A stretch of 62,204 nucleotides of DNA, counting the filler, from Chiloscyllium plagiosum (Eukaryota), in assembly GCF_004010195.1 (NCBI RefSeq). It is 3 parts of one record of this genome, joined end to end, with 100 filler letters (N's around TTAATTAATTAA, not from the genome) between each part and the next. Parts side by side here need not be neighbours in the genome. Positions count along the whole stretch, not along the records: positions 1 to 27,668 come from NC_057712.1; 2 more parts are not named here. One strand, given 5' to 3'. Shown piece by piece: positions 1 through 12,039 of this stretch; position 1 is the stretch's first letter, and the number at the start of each line of letters is the position of its first letter. Below the pieces are notes generated by a model. It did not search any database, was not told the origin of the DNA, and saw only the letters and a program-made list of their open reading frames with translations. Made by a program: the position numbers and the translations under genes.

Positions 1-340
1 TCTCCCACCACAAGTCTGATACCTGCCCCGGCTCGTTTCTGAGCACCAAGTCTAGAATGGCCTCTCCCCTCGTCGGCCTGTCAACGTACTGAGTTAGGAA
101 ACCCTCCTGAACACACCTTACAAAAACAGCTCCATTCAAATCTTCTGCTCGAAGGAGGTCCCAATCAATATTGGGAAAGTTAAAGTCACTCATTACAACA
201 ACCCTACTACATCCACACTTTTCCAAAATCTGCCGACCTATGCTTTCTTCCATCTCTCTGCTGCTATTGGGGGGCCTGTAGTAGACCCCTAATGAGGTGA
301 CTGCTCCCTTGCTGTTCCTAATTTCCACCCGTACTGACTC
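1..340 (-). mobile_element. CR1-type LINE ORF2 endonuclease (APE) fragment
   Basis: Reverse complement resembles the APE region of the CR1 copy at 26170-26490 (YYRPP, GDFNFP-like and LDLVL segments); runs off the window start. Confidence 0.8.
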
Positions 341-1557
341 GAATTTATTGAATTCTTCATAAAGATACAAGCATTTTATTAATAATGTATTTGATGGTCC
401 AGGCTTCTGGAAGTTTGCTTGAGTCTAGAATGTAAAATTGCTGTGTAACATTACATGGTAGCTGTTGTCAGAATTATAATTTAATCTTTTTCTTCAGGCA
501 AAAATAAGCAATTTCATAAAAGCATGTTGAAAAGTGGTATCTGCAGCGATAAGAAACAGCAGTGGGATGTTTTTCCTTGTTTCACCATGTTAAAATGATA
601 AAATAAAGTCATTGGAATTATGAAACATAAAATATTGAATTCTATTGTGGAACTTTGTGCTCAATTTGCAAAACACGGTGATAAGCATTGAGGCAAATGA
701 AACAACCTAACATCCCTGGAGGATATTTTTATATTGATACACAGTGCACGATGTTTGGCATGTACCCTCCATATCTTGTGCTTTTAAACATAGCACTATT
801 AATGTGAATGTTTTTTGTGGTTTACTTGGTGCTCTCATAAAGATCAACTCTCAGAATGTTGTAAGTCTTCATATAGTATTGTAGGCACAGGAGAAACCTT
901 GTAAAGCTAGAACAAGAATTTAGGAGTTTTAAGAATTAAAAATTATGAAGGAAATGGGTAAAATCAGTCATTCGTGCAGTAATCAATATTGGGGATAAGG
1001 GATTAAATAATTAGGAAGTTTGGACATCGCTTTTCTACCAGAGAAGTTGAAAGGTATACATTGTTTGGGGTCAGGATAGGCCTTGTAGATGAAGAGTACA
1101 GATAGGATTCTGGAGAGGATAGGGATTGTAGGATACATTTAACAATTGCTTAGGTTGTACTCTATGATAAAGGAATGACAGAGCTGAGATTCATTCCCGT
1201 TCCTGATAAATGTTAGATTATTACTCTTAAATTACTGTCCATGTTTAAAAGTACATTTGGTGTTTTAAATTTTTCTTTTGCTGGTAAATGTCTCTTTGAG
1301 GTGAGCATGGGCTTGGTGTATAATTAATGCATTATGTCCTCAACCCCAGTACTGTTAAGAACGGAGTTCCAGGATTTTGGCCCAGCAGCACTGGCTGAGT
1401 GATGATCTAGTTTTATAGAAGCAAAATACTGTAGATGCCGGAAATCTGAAACAAACACACAAAATGCTGCTAGAAACTCAGCAAGTCTGGCAGTATCTGT
1501 ACAGAGAGAAACAGATTTAATATTTCAAATCCAATATAACTCAAATATAATTTTTCC

Positions 1558-1950
1558 CTGTTCATTTCTGGGATGTGGGCATTACTGACTAGTCCAGCAT
1601 ATGTTGTTCATCCCTAATTGCCTGTCAGAAGGTGGTAGTTAGCAGCCTTCTTGAATCTCTACATTGTTTAGGGAATCATTACATCACAGTGCTAATAGGA
1701 TGGGAGTTCCAGGATTTTGACTCAGTGACCATGATGGTGCAGTGATATAGTTCTACATCTAGATAGTGTATGGCTTGAAGACAAACCTGCAGGTGGTGGT
1801 GGTCCTATCTATCTGCTGCTGTTGTCCTTCTTGCTGAGAGAGATTGCAGTTTGGAAGGTGGTGTTAAAGGAGCTTGAGCAAGTTACCGCACAGCATCTTG
1901 TAGATGAAACACATTGTCACCGATGCACAGTGGCAGCAAAGTGAGTGGTG
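1558..1950 (-). mobile_element. Old CR1/L2-type LINE, 3' end (second family)
   Basis: Same 3' tail, in reverse, as the copies at 12040 and 29570 (gggatgtggg...ccctaattg...gaaggtggt...gccttcttgaa). Confidence 0.65.
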
Positions 1951-1964
1951 ATTACATAGTATCG

Positions 1965-2795
1965 AGCATCATTTGTGTCCCCTCAGATACTGAAACAGCT
2001 CAAGGACATATGCAGCAAGACAAAGACAGTATTCAAGTTTGGGCTCATCAGTGACAAATAACATTCATCCCAGGCAATGACTGTCTCCATCAAGAGACAA
2101 TCAAACAATCTTCCCTTAATGTTCAGTGGCATGTCCATTATTGTATCTCCTCACGATCAGCATCCTGACATTCTCATTGACCAGATATTGAATTGGACCA
2201 GCCATTTAAACACTGTTCCACAAGAGCAAATCAGAGGCGTAATTTGCTTCCTGTCTCCCCTGTACCTGTCCAATGTATTCTCAGACACTACTCAAAGGTG
2301 TGATGGAATACTTTCCATTTGTATGGTTCGGCAGAGCTCCATCAACACTGAAGAAGTTTAACATCATCCAGGAAAAAGCACCCTGTTTGATTTGCACCTA
2401 TTCCACTTCAACAGTCAACATTCCTTTCCTTCACCATATTGCACAGTAGCATCAGTCTATCTTTTACAAAATATGCTTCAATAACTTGTGCAAGCTTCTC
2501 GAACAGTACCATCCGAACACATGACCTCTAACACCTAGATGGACAGGAGGACAGATGCATGGTCACACCTCACCCTGGAAGTTCCTCATCAAACCACACA
2601 CCATCCTGACTTGGAACAATGTCACCGCTCCTCCACTATTGCGGGGTCAAAATTCTTCCTCATGTCACTCTGGGTATACTCATCTCAAGAACTGCAGGGT
2701 TTCTAGAAGCCAGCTCGCAACTATCTTCTACAAATCATCAGAGATGGGCTTTAATTGCTGCCCTAACTAGTGGTGCTCACATCTGTGAACAAACA
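1965..2795 (+). mobile_element. Old CR1/L2-type LINE, 3' part (second family)
   Basis: Degenerate RT C-terminal sequence ending in the same tail; homologous to the reverse complement of 12040-12900. Confidence 0.65.
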
Positions 2796-3049
2796 AAACC
2801 GTTTCATGAACCAAAATCGTCATACTCCACTCTTAACAGTGCATGTATACCAGTTGGACTGCAGTCATTCAAGTTTGCCATAAACACCTCAATGGCAAAT
2901 ACAGATGAACAACGCATGACAGTTTTGCCAAGAAAACTCACATTCCACAAAGAAAAATAAATCGTTTTTCTTTTAGATTCCAAAGTTTCATTACAAAAAT
3001 CAATTCAAATTTTATACAAGCTTATGTCAAAGTGAATAGTCAAGGATTA

Positions 3050-3790
3050 CATATTTGAGGTAAGGTCCTGGGGAGTGTTATTGAACAAAGAGACCTTGGA
3101 GTGCAGGTTCATCGTTCCTTGAAAGTAGAGTTGCAGGTAGATAGGATAGTAAAGAAGACGTTTGATATACTTTCCTTTATTGGCCAAAGCATTGAGTATA
3201 GGAGTTGGGAGGTCATGTTGCGACCGTATGGGACATTGGTTAAGTCACTTCGGAATGTTGCATGCAATTCTGGTCTCTTTGCTATCGGAAGGATGTTGTG
3301 AAACCTGAAAGGGTTCAGAAAAGATTTATAAGCATGTTGTCAGGGTTGGATGTGGCTATAGTAAGAGGCCAAATAGGCTGGGGCTGTTTTCCCTGGAGCG
3401 TTAGAGGCTGAGGGGTGACTTTATAGAGGTTTATGAAATCATGAGGGGAATGGATAGGATTAATAAACAAAGTCTTTTCCCTGGGGTCGGGGAGTCCCGA
3501 ACTAGAAGTCATAGGTTTCGAGTGAGAGAAGAACGATATAAAAGAAACCTAAGGGGCAACTTTTTCACGCAGAGGGTGGTACATGTATGGAATGAGCTGC
3601 CAGACAGTGTGGTGGAGGCTAGAACAATTGCAACATTTAAAAGGCACTTGGAAGGGTATATGAATAGGAAAGCTTTAGAGGGATTTGGGACAAGTGCTAG
3701 CAAATGGGACTAGATTAGGTTAGGATGTCTGGTTGGCATGGATGAATTGGACCGAAAGATCTGTTTCCATGCTTACATCTCTGTGACTAT
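3050..3790 (+). mobile_element. HER1/CR1 LINE 3' fragment
   Basis: ORF pieces RTRSHRFRV...FFTQRVVHVWNELP and tail ggttggcatggatgaattggaccgaaagatctgtttccatgct. Confidence 0.9.
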
Positions 3791-4940
3791 CAGTGATAGA
3801 CTACATTTGACAGTTACTGGTAGTGGCTAAATAGAAGGTTAGAAATGTCATGTCATTCACAAGTCAAAGTCACAGCAGAATTCTCAATATGAATTTTAAA
3901 ATCTTCACAATGCTATTGGATTTCTGAAATCTTTGGATTAAAAAAAAATAGAAATTTTATTTTTCATTATCTTTATTTCATTCTGTACCTGATTTGAGTA
4001 TCATTCATTGTATTTCCTCCTCGGTTGTTCCTCTTTAATTCTAAGGCAAAAGTCTATTTGCTCTGTTGTTCACTTGATGTCTCAGATACCTCATCACTTT
4101 CTGTGTGTTGTCAACTTCTGCTTAATCTTATTATATTGCACATTTGTTTTTAGCTGAAGGCTGCAGACTAAAGTATAACTTATGGCATTCACTATGATGT
4201 CCCACTCCAGTGAAATGTTTGTAGATGTTTGGTTTAGAAAAAATATAATCCTAACACTGATTTTATGTGGAACTCTGGTATTATTTCCAAATCAGGAAAG
4301 CGGTTGAAAAAGTTTAATCATTAGAAAGTGAGCAATAATTTGGTTTCAAATGATAGTTCCTAAGCTCAGATTTTCAACATGGGCGTGGCTTGGATGATGA
4401 GTTTTGAAAATGTGAATGATAAAGTAGTGGGATGGATTGAGGCAAGTTTATGAATGCTTGTATAAACAGAGCTAAAAACATTAAACTATGTTGAATCAAA
4501 AGGAGAAAACCACCTACTTTTAGTAATCATTTTCCATCATTGCTGTCTTTTGAAGAATAAATGCTATTTTTAGGAAGACCTTTTTGTCAGTTTATTATTT
4601 ACCCTATAATGATGCCTGGTGGAGGTGGGGCTGGGGAAGGTAACTTCATTAAGTGTGGAAGTCTATCAGCATCATTTCAGTTTCACTTTTCTGCTGAAGA
4701 GACAAATGGTTTAATAAATACAGAAAAATAATATACTGCTAATGAGGTCGTTTTAAGGAATGGAGAAATTGAACATAATTGAGAGACCTTTCTGCTGAGA
4801 CCTTTCTATCCATTTACGTTAAGTTGAGCTTGAAACTATCCAACAGTGCCGATGGGCACACAAAGTTTCTCATTCTTATGTTGGAGGGTTCAGTAATCTT
4901 CTGGTCTCTTAGCATGGTTGACCTCCCTGTATAGCATATT

Positions 4941-5173
4941 TGTAGTGATTAGAACAAGGGCCAGGTGGATCTCTTTGACTGTGAAATCCTTGATTGGGGT
5001 TGTTATCCTGTTCCAATCAGGGAGCCCTGGCTGACAGACTTAATCAGGAGATTCAGAAAGCTTCATCCTTCTCGGGACTGGGTCTGAGCTTGCTGGTCAG
5101 AGCCCATGTACTGTGTAAACGGAAATAAAAGTTGACTTGGTGATGGGATACCAACCTCTGTGCAGTTATTTCA
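4941..5173 (+). mobile_element. Solo LTR, about 233 bp
   Basis: Starts TGTAGTG and ends TATTTCA; AATAAA at 5124-5129; flanks ATATT/ATATC form a near-perfect 5-bp TSD. Confidence 0.65.
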
Positions 5174-5224
5174 ATATCTTTGATCTTGTTTTTATACCCA
5201 TGGCAGCTCAAATCCTCCTTTGCT

Positions 5225-5890
5225 TGATTAACACTATTATGGGTGCCCTAGAAAGGACTGCTTCATTGGTGATGAGATGCCAAGGCTGTGTTGTAAGCAG
5301 TAGAGATCTAATGTATTGAGCCTTTTTTGTTTTCTAGGCGTAAATTGTCAAGGCTTTGTTGCTGAGGATCCACACCAAGGCGCTATCTCCCACAAAAGTC
5401 CCATCTGTCCTCAGGGGTAGATGTAAAATATCTCTTGTCACTGTTAGAACAATTGGGCAACTGTCCCTTTTTCCTGGCTAACATTTAGACCCCAACTAAC
5501 CTCACGGATTGCCGTGTCATTTCTCTTGGGCTACTTGTTGTTCCTTGCTGTGTGGGCATGGACTGCCTCATTTGCATACGAGGTATGAAAATCACTTGAA
5601 TGTGCTTCATTTGCATTGTTATAAATCACAACACCAGATTACAGTCCAACAGGCTTATTTGGAAGATCTAGCTTTTGAAACACTGCTTCTTCATCTCAGC
5701 CACCTGATGAAGAAGCAGCGCTCCAAAAGCTAGTGCTTCCAAATAAACCTGTTGGACTAAAGCCTAGTGTTGTGTGATTTTTAACTTTGTTCAGCTTAAT
5801 CCAACACCGGCTCCATCAAATCATTCATTTGCATTGTAATATTTGGGAATATGCTAAGATCATGAAAAGTATTAAATAAACATGTTTATT
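5225..5890 (+). mobile_element. Degenerate DeuSINE (SacSINE1/AmnSINE1-like), interrupted by a PLE-derived insertion
   Basis: Deu-domain-like ctcaggggtagatgtaaaatatc...cctggctaacattta segment and tail; the sequence resumes after 5823. Confidence 0.5.
5620..5823. mobile_element. PLE-terminus-derived fold-back insertion with 14-bp TSD
   Basis: Two inverted arms; TSD TTCATTTGCATTGT at 5606-5619 and 5824-5837; decayed hammerhead motif at 5701-5735. Confidence 0.8.
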
Positions 5891-6008
5891 TAGTTTTACC
5901 TCTTCCATCATTTGAGAGGCTTGTTGACATCATTTAAGAGTGTCTTATGCAGTAGCCAATGTGGCACCTTCAAAATAAAATTTTTTCCTCTATCATACTG
6001 ATCCACAG

Positions 6009-6217
6009 GATTAGATTCCCTACAGTGTGGAAACAGGCCCTTCGGCCCAACCAGTCCACACCGACCCTCCGAAGAGTAACCCACCCAGACCCATTTCCCT
6101 CTGACTAATGCACCTAACACTATGGGCAATTTAGCATGGCCAATTCACCTGACCTGCACATCTTTGGATTGTGGGAGGAAATCGGAGCACCCGAATGAAA
6201 CCCACGCAGACACGGGA
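6009..6217 (-). mobile_element. HE1-type V-SINE, 5'-truncated
   Basis: Reverse complement of the 3' two-thirds of 56019-56337. Confidence 0.9.
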
Positions 6218-6789
6218 TGAATGAGATTAGATCCATTCTCATTTAATCACACAGGAAAAGAAAAAAAATTCCTTAAAACCTGAGAGCTAGTGGTGTATTC
6301 ATGGGCCATTCATTTTCTGATCCTCAGCTCAAACTCTCATTATTCAATTACTTTGCCGTTTATATTTAAATTCTCTCTTCCCTCCATGTTCTTTCCTGCC
6401 TTTATCATTTCTTTTCTTCCCTTTCCTGTATTTTTTTTCTCTTCCCTTTTTTCTTTTCTGTTCTTTATCTTGAAATTCTAATTTCTGATATGAACTTTTA
6501 ATCATTCAATTTTCAAGGACAGAATTTTCAAATCCTCACGTAATTTTCCTTACTTCTGCTAGGAGTACACTGGCATCAAATGCAGAAGTTTCTATATTGT
6601 AATACTGCAGACTTAAACTCTGTTGTAGTTTTTACTTTTAAAAATTGATTTCAAGTTATCAATTTACCCTTTCTAATTTTTTCATTTGGTCTGTAGATTC
6701 AAATTGTGACATGAACCTCCAGTTTATGTCCAAGATCCAGGCAATGCTTGAGAAAGGTGGTGGTGAGATGGAATTGGATGTCATCATAA

Positions 6790-7030
6790 AATAAAACCAT
6801 ACTGGAGAAACCCAATAGGCCTGACAGCACCTTTTAAGATAGAAATAAAAATAATGTTTTGAGTCTAATATGACTACTTTGGCATAGTTCTAATTGTTCT
6901 AAAGGAGAATCATCTTGAACTTGAAACAGTAACTTTGTTTCTATCTCCAAAGATCTGCCAGCCCTGTTGAGTTTCTCTGGCACTTTCTGTTTTTAGTTCA
7001 GATCGCCAAGATCCTTTGTATTATTTGGGT
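6790..7030. mobile_element. Degenerate PLE-derived palindromic element
   Basis: Inverted arms similar to those at 10144-10330 and 41828-42095. Confidence 0.6.
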
Positions 7031-7228
7031 TTGAGTTGAGCCTGGATCAACAGAGTTTAGAGTTGCCAGCACTGATTGTGTTTTGGACATGCCTCACTAT
7101 GTTACAATCTGTAAATCTCCTTAGTGAAAGTTGGCTAAAAATAAATAGTGGGGATCTTTCCTTTGCTCCCCTTCAAATAGTGTTACATTTACAATGTTCC
7201 TTGGCAGGGAATCTTTAATAAATCATCC

Positions 7229-8257
7229 CGGACTAAGCCCCACTCTCTGCAACATGATCCTCAGTTTCCTGACCCACAGGTCACAGTCAATGAAGATTGG
7301 GGACAATAGTTCATCTTCTTCACTAACACTCAACACTGGAGCCCCCCAGGAGTACGTACTCAGCCCCCTACTGTACTCATTGTATACCCATGACTGCGTC
7401 ACCAAATACCAGACTAATGCCATTTACAAGTTCGCTGATGACACCACAGTCGGTCGAATCTCAGATGGCGACGAAACACAGTACAGACGGGAGGCGGAAT
7501 ACCTGGAAAAATGGTGTACTGAAAACAACCTAGCTCTCAATGCTGGCAAAACCAAGGAAATCAATATTGACTTTTGGCGCGATGTTACTAATTGCCTCCC
7601 CAACACTAATAGTACAAATGTCGAACGAGTGGAGACTGTCAAGCTCCTGGGAATGGTCGTCCACAACAAGCTTTCTTTCATGTGGATGCACTGGTTACAA
7701 AGGCCCAACAATGTCTCCTCTTCCTCAGGCAGCTGAGGAAATTTGGCATGATAGTGAATGCCCTTGCCAACTTTTATAGGTGCGCCATCGAGAGCATTCT
7801 GTCTGGATGTATCACTACCTGGTATGGCAACTGTCCCATTCAAGATTGGAGACGGTTACAGCGAGTGGTGAACTTGGCCCGGACAATCACAAAGGCCAAC
7901 CTCCCATCTATAGAATCCATCTACCAGGCCCACTGTCAAAGAAAGGCCACCAGAATTCTCAAAAATCCATTCCACCCTGGCAATGTTTTTCTACAACCTC
8001 TACCATTGGGGAGAAGGTACAGAAGCCTGAACATATGTACCAGCCGGTTTTGAAACAGTATCAACCCTATTGTTATTAGAATACTGAATGGACTCTCAAA
8101 CTCTTAGCATTTGTCTGTCCTGTGTTTTTGTTTTGCCACTGTTGACCTATTATTTACTTATTATGTTATTTAATTATGTGATCTGCCTGTATTGCTTGCG
8201 AGACAAAGCTTTTCACTGTGCCTTGGTACACATGACAATAAATTCAATTCAATTCAA
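7229..8257 (+). mobile_element. Rex1/Babar-clade LINE, 5'-truncated, inserted into a minus-strand DeuSINE (about 7150-8400)
   Basis: RT motifs GAPQ.YVLSPLLYSLYTHDC, KFADDTT, KAQQ.L.FLRQLRKF and FYRCAIESILSGCITTWYGNC; tail gcttttcactgt...gacaataaa(ttcaa)n. Confidence 0.88.
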
Positions 8258-10143
8258 AAAGAAAGATGCTATCTCTGATGGTGCAGAGTTCCTTGAATTT
8301 TGTGCTGTGGTCTCAGCCTAGTTTTTTTCGTTCATGTTCCTGGAATGGAACTTGACCTTTACAGGTTGCATCTTTAGCTACCTGTTGAGCTGGATGGATA
8401 GATATTAACTGATGCAGTGGAAGAGAATTATTTTAAGATTAGAACCCATAAATTGTAGAGTTACTCATCTATAAGTCAAGTTCAGCTAGTAATAGTGGTA
8501 GGCTTTGATTTTTCGTATAAATAATTTTATTAATGTTCTGGTTCTTCATCTAAAATAAATCTGCTTGCTACAAAACTAGCCTTGTTTGAAAGTTTCTCTA
8601 CTATAGATAGTAGATTTCATTGTTGTAGCTCCTGGATTACAGTGTTGTATGATTAGGACAGTAAAACTAAAGTCTTCATTGAAGGAAGTGCTGTTTATGC
8701 TGAATCCAGGAAAACATACAGCATAGTGCCAAAATTTATAGCAGGAAGTCATTTCTGAGTCAGAATTGCAGCATTATGACTCACGTGAATAATTTAAATG
8801 TTCAGTCTGGTTCTTTGCTTCCTGCCAAATGTAGAACTTTAATCTATGCATTGCGCTTCCCGCCTGTCTATTTGACTTACACGTGTAGATTTTAAAAAAA
8901 GGTTACCCATTATGAAAAATCAGCACATTTATTTACCTTCCCTGAGGGAACATTGCATTTTGGATTGAGCAGAACCTTGGTTTCATGCTTAGTTGGCAAC
9001 ATCCCCAAACTTAATCAATAGCTCCAAATGCAATTGTGGCCCTGGGGATTAACATCTGTTTCTGATTTTGTATCCTGTAACAAGAAGAAGCTTGAGCTCT
9101 GTTGTGTGAATGCAACTACTTAATTAAGCGGAAACCAGGATCATCCGACCTAAAATATTAGACTTCCTCAGGCTTGAATCAGAGTTGCTGACTTTTCTGA
9201 CGTATCCGTTTGTTTACATTCTACACTATAAGGAAGATGGAAAGCAGCATTTCTTGACATTGAACATTTTAAAAACTTCTTTTCACAATGTTTACCGATA
9301 AAAGCTTGCATTTGTATTGCATCTCACACATGAAGGAAGGTCAGTGATCTTTTACATTAACTTTATTTCTTTCTACAGATACTGACTGACCTGTTGGGTG
9401 TTTGCAGTATTTTCTATTTTCACTTTCAGATTTCCAGCATCTTCAGTATTTTTCTTTTGTAATACTTTATTGTAATTGGACTAATTATAATACTTCAGAC
9501 ACTTGGATTTCCCTCCTAACCAATGGTGACTCAGTAACTCACTGATAGGTCATATATAACAGGTATTGGCAGTAATAAAGTCTGGGTATTTTTCTTGTAA
9601 GGGGCAGTAATCTGATGAGCTGCAGATCTTCACCCTCTAACTACAGACAAAATTTCACTCCATAAATGTGTTAACCCTTTAATGGTTAGAACTTATCTGT
9701 ATAATGGGCTTAGCACATCAAAACCAAACCATAGAGACAGACTTTTACCAAGCTGAGAGATTGTACGAAGGATGGGGTATAGGCATCATCTTAAAGTCAG
9801 TTCAGTACCAACATTCCAAAGTCAAAATATTGATGAAAGGTTACAAACCTAGAAGGTTAATGTGGCCAGACCTACTGAACTTTCCCATAATTTTCTATTT
9901 CTATTTCCAAATCTCTTCCATTGATTCTATAAAACTCATGAAGAGTTTTATAGAATGGGAAAAGAATACAGACTGGGGAGGAGGCCATTGGCCCATTGTT
10001 CTGGTGCTGATGTTTGCATGTATGTAACGCCATTTCCCAGATCCATTATATGTGCTCCTTTCCAATACTAACTTGTAAATAATGATATAGTTTGTACATG
10101 GTTTGGCACTTGTAATGAAGCATGTCATGAACCCTTCTTTTCT

Positions 10144-10330
10144 TTTAAAATCCACAAGAACTGCAGATGCTGTAAATTAGAAACAAAAACAGAAGTTGCT
10201 GGAAAAGCTCAGCAGTTCTGGCAGCATCTATGAAGAGAAAGGGCTACTGAACCCAAAACATTAACTCTGATTTCTCTTCAAAGCTGCTGCTAGACTTACT
10301 GAGCTTTTCCAGTAATTTCTATTTTGTTTT
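10144..10330. mobile_element. PLE-derived palindromic element with 11-bp TSD
   Basis: Inverted arms (gctggaaaagctcagcag... / ...ctgagcttttccagta); CCTTCTTTTCT at 10133-10143 and 10331-10341. Confidence 0.75.
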
Positions 10331-10901
10331 CCTTCTTTTCTCTTACCACTTAGAACCATCCAATGAGAATAATTAATTTCATCTCCCAGCTGTCCATTCA
10401 GTATTCTACCAGTTTCTGTTTGCTCATTCATTTACTGATGGCACCTCTGATGCCAACAATCTCAATTGGTTGCTGCTATTGTTCCCACTGTGCAGGAACA
10501 CTCAACTTCATACCTAACCTATTTCGTCTCTTCTATTTTACCTGTACCACCTTTATGAGCCTCAAGCACCTAACTTCATGCCTCTACACTCTGATCTTTA
10601 TTCTCAAGCCTTCATCAGCTGAATTTAAATTTGAAGCCCTAAGTCAGCATTCTTTTTAGGTAAATGCATCATGGTTATGGAACAAAGGTAGTTAGGAAAA
10701 GGTTGCAGTGCAGATGAGCTGTGACCACTTGAATGACAAAAGCAACCTTTAGGGGCTGGATAGTCTGCTTTGTTTTGACACTCCAAGTTCATAGTGAAGC
10801 TACAAGTAGTCGGTAAAGTAAAAAGAAAATCTGTTTTTCTTTTTATAAACAAATATATGTTATCTTTTTGACATTAAAAAACACAATTGCTTTCCTTGTA
10901 G

Positions 10902-11066
10902 GGGAAGCCAGTTGGCGACTGTGATTTTAATGTTCGATTGAGCTGTATTGAGAAGGAGATCATTCAGCCACGACATGAAAAAATGAAGAGTGGGCAGATT
11001 GACAAAACAAGGGAACCGTTCAGTGTTCGAAACAAACCATTCTTTGACATCCATGCTGCAAGAAAG
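10902..11066 (+). CDS. RNGTT: Internal coding exon of the mRNA capping enzyme (RNA guanylyltransferase and 5'-phosphatase), GTase domain between motifs IIIa and IV
   Basis: Acceptor tttccttgtAG and donor GTgaat; 165 bp, phase 0-0. Translates to [55 protein letters not shown], matching recalled vertebrate RNGTT (..[53 protein letters not shown]). Confidence 0.96.
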
Positions 11067-12039
11067 GTGAATAATTATATTCTTCCAATGATGTTTTATG
11101 ATTCTGTTTTTATTTTGATAGTTCAGTGAGACAAATTGTATGTTCTAGGACAGGGCTTTGATCTCATATGATGCTGAAGTACTAAATTTACAGGCAATTG
11201 CTAGACTGCAAATATTTTTTGCAGTTAACCTGAAGGTATAAAAACCTTTACCTCCACTGACAATTATCTGTGTAACAATGAGCTGTTGCTAACATCTGTC
11301 AGATCAACTCCGACTGGGCTAGTTATTTTATACTGGAGAAACTTTGATGTTGGATGATGCCTTTTTCCTTATTTATGACACAATAACTTCTCAGCAAGGC
11401 ATGTGCTGAGAGATGGAACAGCTATGTTAGCACATCTTAATGCTACACACGGTGCTGAAGAGTGCTGTGCCTTTATGTATGTTAATATTTCGACACATTA
11501 AGACCTTCCATTCATTATACATGAACTTGATTTTCAGTTGAAAAAGTTTTTGTTATGAATTTGTTCATCGTTGAAAATCCTTCAAATGTGTTCCGATGCC
11601 ACAGTGATGTGTGTTTCTTGAAGTTGAATAAGGCTGGAATCTAAAATAAAAGTAAGGTCAAACTTATTTTGATAAATTTTATTCTTGGATATGGTAGTTG
11701 TTTTATGTTAAAAGAACTTTCACACAAATATTAGCATTACTGCAAAGTATTGGAAGAATGCAAAATAGTTTAAATGCTTTTTTGTTTTATATTGTGCTAA
11801 TATGACAGATTATTTCTGCAAAGCATTATGACGATTTAGGTTTGTAGAGACATATACATTATTAACTGTATTATGTAACATATTATGAAGCTATAATAAT
11901 ATTCAAAGTATTTAGCATTTCAGCACTCGGACAACGGCAATGGAGTGAAATTTGTTTTGAAAAAGTGAATAGACAAGACATTAACAAGGATAAGTCAGAT
12001 TCAGGGACCATGGTCCAGGGGTCAGATGTATTTGTTTTC

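Noticed and set aside
5701..5735. Hammerhead motif as an active ribozyme
   Set aside because: Catalytic G12 is mutated (GAAA to AAAA) and stem II has a mismatch; kept only as a decayed copy.
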